A DNA stretch of 64,000 nucleotides from contig NC_092671.1 in assembly GCF_964355755.1 (NCBI RefSeq), positions 9,176,001 to 9,240,000 of the forward strand. The letters run 5' to 3'. Below are positions 37,101 through 49,100 of the stretch, piece by piece. The DNA comes from Antedon mediterranea (lineage: Eukaryota > Animalia > Echinodermata). The notes below the pieces were generated by a model. That model saw only the letters and a program-made list of their open reading frames with translations. It did not search any database and was not told the origin of the DNA. Position 1 is the first letter of the stretch. Every line of letters begins with the position of its first letter. Made by a program: the position numbers and the translations under genes.

Positions 37101-40100
37101 CTGTTGACTCAGACCTCCTTGTTAGGATAAATTTTGGCAAATTGTGAGTTTATTTTGACAGCATGTTCGTGTTTGGTTCAAAACATCAATTGTAACACGT
37201 GGCTTCAATTTGCTGAGCATTTTGAGTTTTTTTTTTTACATTGTGTAAATTCAAACCTTGATAAAGAGATTGTCGATAAGTTTTGAACTTCAGATTTCCT
37301 CTTTTTAAATTCACACAATGTTAATCTTGTTGTTAAAAATTTAAAAATGTACTGTATGTATTGTACACAGTATGACTGATGTAAATTTACAATCCCGATA
37401 CTTTCATACTTATTTTTCATATAATAAATTTTAAGAATAAATTTGTAATTCCTTGTTTTATATAGTGTAATAACTGTATACATTTTTGATTAACTGATTA
37501 ATTTCTACTGTACATTACTGCATAAAAAAACATTAATACAAAATTGAATATTATAACTGCCACCCCTATGTACAAAATAGAACAATCTAAATTCACATCC
37601 AAAAGTTTTCGCTTTCCAGTTTACACCAAGGTCAATGCCTGTCACATTTATTACCAGGCCAGCAAGTGCTACTGTAAATCTCTGCAAACAAAACAGAATG
37701 TATCAATAGTATGTTGTTTTTAATGGAGTTATAAGCGTTTAATGTTATTTATCATTTTTTGGCGGATCTTATTGTTTTAATCATGTTCTTCAGTTATTGT
37801 AAAGGTAATGTATACTTCTTTTGATATTCTTAACATTATTTGGTTTTAATATTTACTTCGGTACAGTAGCATCATTTATTATCATCAACTTTAAATTATT
37901 ATTTTATTTTTTCTGCCATTTACAGACTGGAAATAACAAACAAGACAAAATAACATGGACAAGGTCTACAAAACCAATTACAAACAATTCTTAATTTTGC
38001 ATTTAAATAAAGATAAACAATTCATACAGTAAATCATTTTTTTTAAAGTTAGTTTTTAGCATGGTACAGTAGTTTATAGAAAGAAAAATTGAATGTATTT
38101 GGCAATGTTTATCTCTAATCGTACCAAAATTGAGGCTTGCTTGTTCACTGTATCTGATCCAGTACAGTGGCTAAAAGTGTCAGATTGTGTTCTTAGTACT
38201 GTACCTGTTGAAATTCAACTGATTATCAAAAAAGCTTTTTTTGTATTCCCTTGGTTGTAATTATTACTCTGGTCATTTTCTGAAACGTGACCAGCAGCAT
38301 ACGCAATTAAGTTAAATACTGTATATACTAATCCTTTGTAATACAACTTTCACATTGACACTTTTATCTTTGACAAGAAGCCGACATTTCAAAGTTTGCA
38401 CAGTTAAAACATTGACAGCACGCAATGGGCATAATATATAAGTTGAGTTTAGTATTTGTTAAATTGAACTGGATACATTAATGGCTTTAACATTAAATAG
38501 GACAGCAGGTTTATACATTTATACTGTAGGGGTACATCCATACATCTCGTGTTTCACCGTCTTCCCCCTAAGGCTACAGAATGACATGTTTAGTTAACTA
38601 AATGTGAAATTATGTACAAATTTATTTAGAAATACAGTATTGTATTTCATTCGGTTTCTCACGCTGCAGTGTATATTGCTACAGTACTACCTGTATCATT
38701 TTTAATCTACTGTACTGTAGTTCATCTGCAGATGCCTTTTCTAGCCAAGAAAACATTTGCTTGTATGGTATTAAAATTAACCGTTCACTATAAAGTACAT
38801 TTGTAAACTTTGTACAGTCACTACAGTACAGTAGATACCTGATGTGAACCTTCTGTGTAATATAGAGTACAATATACTTTATTAAAGATAGATCAAAATT
38901 TCCATGAAAAAGGTTTGATTTCTTTAATCAAAATACTGTATCTTAAAGTTTCTTGTACTGTAAGTTATCCAGCTTTATTGCATTGTGAATTTAGTTTCCA
39001 CAGTTAGAATGAGAATGAAAAATAAAGCTTTTTGAGTTTAAACAAAATCACAATTTATTAACATATTTCAACGTTGGCAACTTTTTCATCGAGGGTATAA
39101 CTGGCACCCCCTTTAGGTCACACTATGATCCCTTAATTGCAGCTCCCTACGTGAACTACCACCAACGTAAGCATTCTCCTGTGGTGCCTGGAGTATTTAG
39201 GTGTGAAGATATTAAGAGCCATTGTCTGTAAAAATCAAAGATTTGGTGGCAGATGTAAAAAAATGGATTTCTCTCAAATTTTTACCATGAATAGACATTT
39301 CAATAAAAAGCATATCTATAACATTCATTTTAATTTTTAGCCTCCGTTGCCATGACAACGGTCAATTATCAAAATTTTGATGTTTTTGCCATTTTTCACA
39401 GATTTTCTATAGTGAAAAAGTACAAACTTGTATACTTATTTTAACCAAAAATACTTACAGTATACAGTTTTTGTTTATAGCAGTGTAAACAACATGTATT
39501 GAGTTCCATTTAATGTAGAAAAAAAATAAATTACAAAATGGAGTTTGGTTGATACCATTATTTTAAAAAGGGGTGTTTTTTAAAAATATTTTTTTTATAA
39601 AAGTATACCTCATAAACGTACCTATAACTTCCAAAGTGGTGTTTTTAAATCAATGAGGTTTTTTTAATTTGATAGTCAATAGGTTTTTCAACAATAATCA
39701 CGAAAAAAACACTGGGGTAAATTTCGTACATAGGTTCTGTGTTGCCAGGAAAATACGAAAAATACAAAAAATGTAACAAAATATCAACAAACAAAACACA
39801 TGAAACACAATTTAAATATGGCTAATCCAATAATAAAATGTATATGTGGCTTGCCATAATGCTACTAGAGTCATACGAATAGTTTAGATAAAATAGGAGA
39901 ATGTGTTGCCAGGTTTATTTCAATTAATTGCCAGAAAAACAGTATTTTGCATTGAAATATTTAGTTGATGGAAAATAATGTTAAACTTGGAAATAATTGA
40001 GTCAATGGTTTTTATAAATTTTTAAATCTATTTTGTGTAAAGAGATACAGAAAGACCTCTTAAAATATCTGACCTTGTAAATAGGTCATTTGAGGTCAAA

Positions 40101-43100
40101 AGGGGTCAGAATGCAAAACAGGACAGGTCCCCACTTTACTACAACTATTAATTTTTGATCAAAATTTACAAGATAGTTCATAACAATTCTCAAAAATTTT
40201 CATATTTTACCTATAGTGTTACCTTAGCAACCATTTCTATGTGTAACTAAGGAAAGTAATTTAAAAAAAACGTAAAAAATGGCGTTTTTATAAATACAAA
40301 GAATTGATTGCATTTGTAATTTTTCTCAATTTTACTTCTACTGCATTCCATTAATGACAAACTTGACCTTGTAAATTCATTCATTTTGAGGTCAAAATTT
40401 TACCATAGTAACTGTTTCTATGCGAAAATTTCAAAAAAATAAGGAGTTTTTCATAAATACAAAACATTTTTTCTACATAGTTTTACATTTCTACTTTTTG
40501 CCAAATTTACTTTAAATACTGAATCCTAATAATCTCAGAAAGAAAGTCTTGACGAATCTGAATAAAGGTAAAAAAATGACCTTTAGTGTTATCTTAAACC
40601 TGTTTACGTAACTAATGATATTTAAAAAAAAAAAATTAAATATGGAGTTTTCATGAAAAAAAAAATGTTTACATATTGAGGTCAAATGACATCAACATTT
40701 TACCTATAGTGTATTGTAGCAACTGTTTCTATACGTAACTAAGTACAATATTTTTAATATGGGGTTTCATGACTACAAACAATTGATAACATAGCTTTAC
40801 TACCTTTTCCCAAATTTACTTATCTACTGAATCCCAGAAAATGTCTGACCTTGTGAAAGGGTCATTTGTTGGGTCAAGTTATGTCAAAATGTATTATTTA
40901 TGTTATGTTAGAACCTGTTTCTATGCGTAACTAAGGATAATTGTTTTTTAAATACAGTTGAACCTCCCGTAAGTGGCCACCCTTGGGACCTGGAAAAGTG
41001 GCCGCTTATAATTGTAGGCCTATTATTATTTATAATCAGGTGGTGTAGTATTTTTTAGCATTTTCAGACAAATTTTAAAAACTTTTATCATATGAAAAAT
41101 GGTCGGTCAAAATCTGTGTAGTTTTCTCATCTCTTCACAGTAATGTTTTTAAAACCTCTTCAAAATAAAGCTAATATATAAAGAAATACAATAAACATGC
41201 ACCTCTAATTCATAGGTCCATGCAATAAGTATCACATTTTTCGATTGGCCGCTTACAAAAAATCTCATTTTGTATAAAAAGGTGCCCGCAGCTGCTTACG
41301 GTAAGCACTAAATGCACTACTTAGATAGGAAGAACAAACAGGCTTTTCAAAGTGCGTCCGTTAAGGGAGGTGGCCGCTGTAAATAAAATATGGGGTTTTC
41401 ATGAATAAAAATAATCACAGAAGAAAGTGCTTACGAATATGACCTTGTGAAACGGTAATTTGAAAATGCAAATAAGGCATGCCTGCTACTAATCTACAAA
41501 TTTAAATTTGTATAAGATAAATATGCAAAATCTAAAGAATATCTCAATTTTAGTTACCATAGTAACTGTTGCTATGCATAACTAAGGGAAATTAAATAAT
41601 TATCAGATAATTATTAATTAATAATTAATACTGAATCCAACCATCACAGTAAAAAAAATATAGAATTTAAAACCAATATTTAATAATAAAGTGTGATATT
41701 TTACATGCTGACCTTAAATGAAATGAAATTTCAAATAAGGGCTTCAATATTTGTTATGTAGCATTAACATACCTGAGTATATCATTGACTTTTGATTGGT
41801 TCTATTTTGGGGAGGGGAAAGTGGTGGATCCAGGACTTTTAAATAGTTAGGGGGTTGAAGGCGAGGGTCTAAAAACTTAACTTTATGTCCTATCTTTTGC
41901 ATTGCAATTTTTAACTTGGGGTGGGTGGCGGCTTGGAGAAAGGGGGAGGGGGTGGAATGGAGGAGTTTGAATCCGTCTATTCATTGGAACGATAGTAGCG
42001 GCAGTGTGGGTGGTGCTTGAAATGCATGCATTTGACACTCTATAGTGGATGATCGACCAAAGTGTTGCAGTTTATCTTTTTGTGGTTATAGTCGTGGTGG
42101 GGGGGGGAGGGGTGGTAGTCGAAAGTGGTGGTAGATGGGCATGTGGGATCTGCTTAGGTTAGCAAATAAAAGAAGTAAACAAATGAAAGAGGAGCTTCAA
42201 AATAAGAGAGGAGTAATCTGTTGCAAAGATTAAAATTCACAACGATCTGATAATTTATTCAAATTTCCAGAGGATATAACCTATAAAATGACATTAAAAC
42301 TGGGAATTACAGAATCTATAATTAAAAATTAATTTTTTTTCTCTCAACACTACTAGAACTATATAAAACATTAAGAATTTTTCTGACCAATGAGTTTCAA
42401 ATCAAATAATCAAAGAAAATAAAATGTTTTTACTAATATACCATGTTTTTTTTTTATAAAAATGCCTATGTTTCTTGCAACACTGCTTGTAGATTTTAAA
42501 TTTACCCCAGTATTTTATTTTAGAAATCAATTATTAAACATTAGAACTACCTATTTGTAATAAATCAGCTAAAAAAATACACCACTTTGGGCGTTATGGT
42601 GAAGTAAAGTTTAGTTGCATTGAACAATTTAAAAAAAGTGAAAAACACCCCTTTTTAAATAAATGGTATCTCCCAAAGTATGAAATAAAAAAAAATAAAA
42701 AAATTTGAAACAGGTACACAATGCATTGTTATTATGCATACACTAATTATTTTGTTATAATTAAATGAACAAAACAAAAATATCGTTCATCAAAGTAGTA
42801 CCAATATCCATTTTAAAAAACCTTAAAAAAGGACAAAATTTGTCAAAAACACAAATTTGGCCGTTGCCATGGAAATATACGTGTGAAAAAAAAAATACTT
42901 CATATTTGATTTCTCTCAACACATATATAGCCATGTGCAAAATTTGAAAGAAATCCATTTTTTTGATTCTGCCACTCTTTTTGATATTTCTTTGATTCTT
43001 ACAGACAATGGCTCTTAACAGTGCTTATAAATTGTTCAGTTTTGTTCACAGTGGGTAATCAACTTGATCTGCATTTGTTGCCAAGGTTATTGCCTAATAA

Positions 43101-46100
43101 TTTTTCTGGAATTTAATTGAAATTGTTACCATATTCTGTTCATTCATTTTATCTATTATTAGTAATTACTGATATTATGTATAGTACAGTACTACTAGAA
43201 TTTTGATTTAACCTGATACTGTACATGTTGACAAACAAATTCTGTTTTCCGCAGGGTTACATAAAAAAATTACTAACGTAAATAGTCATTTGGTATGCTA
43301 CAGCAACAGACATGGGAATGCTGTAATAGTATACAAATAATGAATGTTTATGAGTGTAATGGTACAAATAATGGCACGAGGTGAATGATGAAAGGTTATA
43401 TTTCAACGAGGCGATGAGCCGAGTTTAAATATAACCTTTCATCATTCACCAAGTGCCATTGTTTGTACCATTACACGAATACAAAACATTCATTATTTGT
43501 TTTATATAACATCTAAATAAATTCTAGTTATTTGAATCAAATAATTGCACGCCATGTGACCCACAATCGTCCAATCAAATGACAGGAATTTATTTAGGTG
43601 TTATATAATAGAAGTTTTTAAATAAGAATGTGCTGTATAGATAGATAGATATAACTTTTATTGTCCTTGTAAAATAAAAGGAAATTTATCTCATGTTAAA
43701 TTTACTGACTGTACATTTAACATTTTTATATTTTACAGATGAAAATTTAGATTTAAAACATGATAAGCCATTTCTCCTCTCCATGGCCAATAGAGGCAAG
43801 GATACCAACGGATCACAGTTTTTCATGTATGTTATTTTTGTTATTTATGTGTTTTATTTTATAAATTTAGCTAATAATGTAATAGTACAGTACTCTGTAG
43901 TCAAGTTTATCTTTGTATCAAAAGATTGAAACTTTTCTGTATCTATGTTGATGTAGTTTATATGCCTAGAATTGCGTTGGGACTAAAGTGAATTAAATAC
44001 AGTAGATTTAATGCATAGATGAATCAGTTGACATTAATTTATCAATTTCAATTTTCATATTACTAAAAAAAGAATTAACATAATTTCAAATCATAAAACA
44101 GAGCTTGTCCCTTGACTAAAAATTGTCCCTTTAAACCTATGTTTACTGTAGTTTAATTTAAATCAAATCTATCATAATGATATTGATCATTTGTTGTCAT
44201 GAATATGTACAGTAATTAATTGTTTTCAAATTTTTTTCACTTTTTAAGTAAATTACAAATTATGTTTGGATTTCTAACGTAAAGTCTGTTTGAAATGATG
44301 TTGTATCTGTTTTTCTTTAGTCATTTCCCGCAAAACATTTTAGATAAACGATGTCATGTGACAATGTCACACCCATCATAATTTCTAACAAACAGAAAAT
44401 TAGGTCATAGGGTTAGTGACGATCATATGGCATGAACGGGGTGGCATCTTTTATAATATATATTATATTATTTCAATTCCCAAATCGTACAGACTGTACA
44501 CTGTTTACTGGAATGTTGATATGAACACTACCTATCCATTTAACAATTGATAACATTTGATACATATCGATAATTACAGAATACTCTAGAATTATTTTAA
44601 ATTAAGGATCTTTTCATATCAGTAAAGTTATGGTTTTGTATCACGGAGGTATACAGGTACTTCAACTAATGAAAGATTAGTGGAAGCCACCTGTTACTCC
44701 ACTGAATTGAGAAAGCTCAATCTACTTTAATACCAGATTAGCGAAATCGACACTTGCTAGCCTTTCAGACATTTACAGTAGGTGGTAAACTGCAGAGTTT
44801 ACACACTGGGGTGTCAACACCGGCGTATACACTGTAAAGTTTGCCGATGTGAAATTGGTACAGTATGCATCAAATTTAATAAATTCAAATGAAGTCAAAT
44901 TCCTACAATCAACACTAAAATGTCACCTCGCTAATGATACAAGACCATAATGATATTGGTATAAATTAGTGATACAGGAGTTTATTCACTACAGTATTTA
45001 AAGTACTACCTGTACTCTACGTAACCTGTAGACATTTTGGAGATGTAAATTGTGTGTTTCATAGATACAGTATTCGCTATCCTTAATAAATTGTTATTGT
45101 TATTTAGCTAGGTAATTGGAAAAACACAGGTAAGTGAGATAACTAATAAAAATAATAAAATGTTTTATTAATGTGTTGCTCGATCAATGACCATGTCTTT
45201 TTTGCTGTGTTGACTATTATTTACAGAAATTGGCTGCTTGCCAAGAAAAACAAGGTAACTTATTAGCATGCAGTGATTATAAGGTCAAAGGTTCAAATTT
45301 AATTAGGCATAATTAATAATAAATTTATAAATAATTATTATTAGTTAATAAAAAATGTATTCTATATTACATTTTTTTACAAGACAAATTGATTCATCTT
45401 TAATAATAGTGACATTATAAAATGGACAAATTCTGATTTATGATCACTGATGTTTTAAAATATTGTGTAATTTTTTTGGGTAAAATAATTGAAATTATAA
45501 TATCTAGGGAAATACAAACATTGGATTGTCAGTTATGACTATTATTTATTGTGATACAGTAAATTAAAAATGTTTTAATTATTGACTTTTAATTAATTTT
45601 TTCTTTTCTTTTATGTAACTCTTCATCTTTTACCAGAACGACGAAGCCAGCTCCGCATTTGGATAGGTATGTTTTTATAACAAAAAATATAGTCAACTCT
45701 AACAATCGGCACCCTTTGAGCTGGCCCAACTCTCCCAATCGGCACCCTTTGAGCTGGCCCAACTCTCCCAATCGGCACCCTTTGAGCTGGCCCAACTCTC
45801 CCAATCGGCACCCTTTGAAACTGTTGTTATTAGAGGGAAACATTCGATCTTTATTAAAAATGTCTGCTTTTGAATGTTACAAATTTACAATCAATTAGGA
45901 AATCTTTTGATACCATAGATTTCTCATTTTAATTATTTTAATCACTGATGGGAAGTAATTGCTAGAAACAAACATTGAGTGCCATTTGCAGTGTGAATCA
46001 TGTTGGATGAAATTGACATGAGGAAGTTGATCTAGACAGTACCCTTCAGTACAAAAACTCAATGTCATATGTCGCTGAAATAAATAAAATTAAAAATGAG

Positions 46101-49100
46101 AGAGACAGGCCATGAAGTATATGGATCTCAACTGAATACAGTATCCCATGCTGAGCATTTCTCAAACACAGGTGATCGGTACTATTGTTAAAAGATAAAG
46201 AAGAGAATTTAAATTACTCTTTTTGCAAAATATGGCCTATGGGTATTACCATGGAGAAATTATTTCTCCATGGTATTACGGAGTGCTTAGCCCAGCATGC
46301 AGTTGGCCATGTGCGGACATAGTCAATGTATTTGAAGATCAAGAGTTCATGAACTTCTAATCATTTTATCAGAGAACAAGGAAACGTGTTTAATTGAGAT
46401 TGAAAACAATTTTGAAGAGTAGCAGGCAATGTCTCTGTTTCACGAAATTAAAGGATATTCCACATTAAATCTTTCTAATGAATTGTAAATGTACTGTAAT
46501 AAATAAAACACCGATTTCTCCTTTAAATGGAGATCTCCCATTCAGAAAAAAGAGATATAGTTAGTACTGTATATTTGATTCAATGGTTAAACCTATTTTT
46601 ATATGGGTTCGAAATACTGTACAGGGTTAATTGACGTGTGATCCTTGAAAGATCACAAATTGAAACAATATAACTGGGAATGGGATCTGTACTACAGTAA
46701 TTGTAACATGTCAGTACACGTATGGTACTGTACATTCATATGGGGCAAAGTCACAGAATTGTATTTCTTTGTGAGAATTCCGAGTTCAGGATCTGATAGT
46801 ACCATGGCATGTTGTGTTCGTTTTTGACAAGAAGCTCAAGAACACTCCTATTGCCTGATTCTTACATTGAACTGGTTACAGTATGTGCACACAAACACTG
46901 TCACATACAAATAACATTAGCTCTATATTTTCGTATACATTTCATGGTCTTGTCTCTAAGAATATTTTGCTTTGAGTTTTTGTACATGGGTTTAAAAATT
47001 AAAATCAAATGCGGACCAGAAGTTTGTTATATTTTGTCCAGAAAGGAAAACCTTGTACGCAAACAAGGACATTTACCACAATGTGAATTAATTACAACCG
47101 ATGGAAGGGGAAGTATCAAGGGGACAAGTCTATTCATCCTATAGGGAAGAAGTTTAAAAAAATCGGCACTAATAACTAATTCCGGATGTATGTTTATTTG
47201 ATTTCCTTTTCATCTATGTGAATGATGCTAATGTGTCTTCACTAGTGCATTGGTTTTTGATAATTGAATTAATGATTTTACGTTAAAGCAAACTAGCAAC
47301 AAACCTGTAGGTTTTGTCAGTAAAATTAGTGGTGACCCAAATAAAAGAGAAATAGGGTAGACTGAAATAAATTGCAAAGGTAAAGGTCCATGGAAGTAGC
47401 TTTGGAAGAATGACTAAATTTGAAACTTTCTGGATTTTAAATGAGTATTTGACAGTTTAGTATAAGGAGATGGGCCCTGTGTGTTGTGGTTGCAACTTAA
47501 TTGCATATTAATTTTATGTTTTTTTTCACCCTTTTGACCCTGTTGTTGGGTAGTGACTCTTGAGCCTTAAATGAATCCTGCGACCGCCCCATGTTGCCAC
47601 TACTAAAAATTACTATATTCACAACTTACTTCCTTTCATCATCATTACAAATAACATAAACATGAAAGAAGTAATCAAAAACATTGAGACAAAGAAGGTA
47701 ACTTTGAAAACATAAAAACTATGTTTTACACAAGTTTAAATATTTTTATCTTAAATCTAAAATTGACTGTTTCTTTTTCAAGCTTGCATGTTGTGTTTGG
47801 ACAAGTAGTCTCTGGTGAAGATATAGTATCCAATGTAGAATCTTTAAAGACCGATTCAAATTCAAAACCAGTGGCTGATGTCAGAATCTCCAGTTGTGGA
47901 GAGTTGGTTCTGCGGGTCAAAACAAAAGGTAAACAACAGAAGATCAAATGATGGAGGAACTGGAATTTTTTTTTATATAAAAGTATAAAGTTACAGTATT
48001 AAATAAGTTATTTATGCTCTTTTTGCACAAATGAATTTTTTTATTTACTGTGGTAGAATCAAAGAAGTCGAAGAAAAAAAAGAAAGAAGCAGCTGAGAGT
48101 TCAGACTCTGATTCAGACAAATCAGCAGGAGAAGAAAAGAAACGTAAAAAACGAAAGAAGAAAGAAAAGAAAAATAAAAAGTCTAAGAAAAAGTCCAAGA
48201 AAGAAGAAGAGTAAGTGTAAATTATGGTATATAGTAAAAAAGCAATCTGTATAAAACTATAACAAATTATTGCATTGAAATTCAAGGTAAAAATTAAACA
48301 TTATGTCTAAAATACATTAGTGTTGCTGTACACCACTATTTTTAATATTTATTATTAATTATTATTTATTTATACTCTTTAATCATTTTATTATGAGTAT
48401 ACAATATTAGAATATGATTTACAGAAATGTTTCTTAATATCCCCATATTTCCCATTAAAAATGTTGATTGTAAATGTATTGCTTTAATGGAATATTACTT
48501 GTACAAGGGTTTTGTTGAGCGCTCTGTCGCATATATGTACTCTGTATAATCTACTTTCTAGTGCCATAAGATTTAATTCATTACGTTATTATGTTAAATT
48601 TTCTAGAGAACCAGTTGTAAAACAGGAGGTTGTAGAGAGTGAGTTTGTGTCATCTATTAAGGCAGCCGAGATTCCTGAAGTTCCTTCCAACAAGTTTCTC
48701 TTTCGTAGATCTCCGGAAAAGAATGAAGACAATAAATCGTAAGAAAAATATTTTTCTTTAGTGTCTTAGTATATATTATTATTTTAAAACTTTGCTTTAA
48801 AAGATTATGTTCTGTTTCTTATTTAGCACAAAATAATGAGCTTTTTTTTTTGTATGTTAAGGAATGGAGTTAAAAATGTAGCTGGTGGGAACATAAGACG
48901 CCAGTTATCGTCTGAATCACGTATGAAGATCTCGCGGTCAGGTCGTAAAATACGAGGAAGAGGCACGCTGGTAAGTCTACCCTCTTATTATCTTATTGTA
49001 CTAGTCTATCTATCTCTAATTTAGTAACAAATAAACATTATGTATTGTATTTATATGTAATTTGTTGTTTTGATACTGTAGCGTTACCGCACTCCTTCCC

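Noticed and set aside
39055-39100. Third hammerhead-like motif on the minus strand
   Set aside because: The core is mutated (TCGATGA) and stem II is broken.
45703-45818. 33-bp repeats as a CRISPR array or repeat protein
   Set aside because: Head-to-tail with no spacers, inside a eukaryotic intron; the overlapping ORFs are by-products of a 33-bp period.
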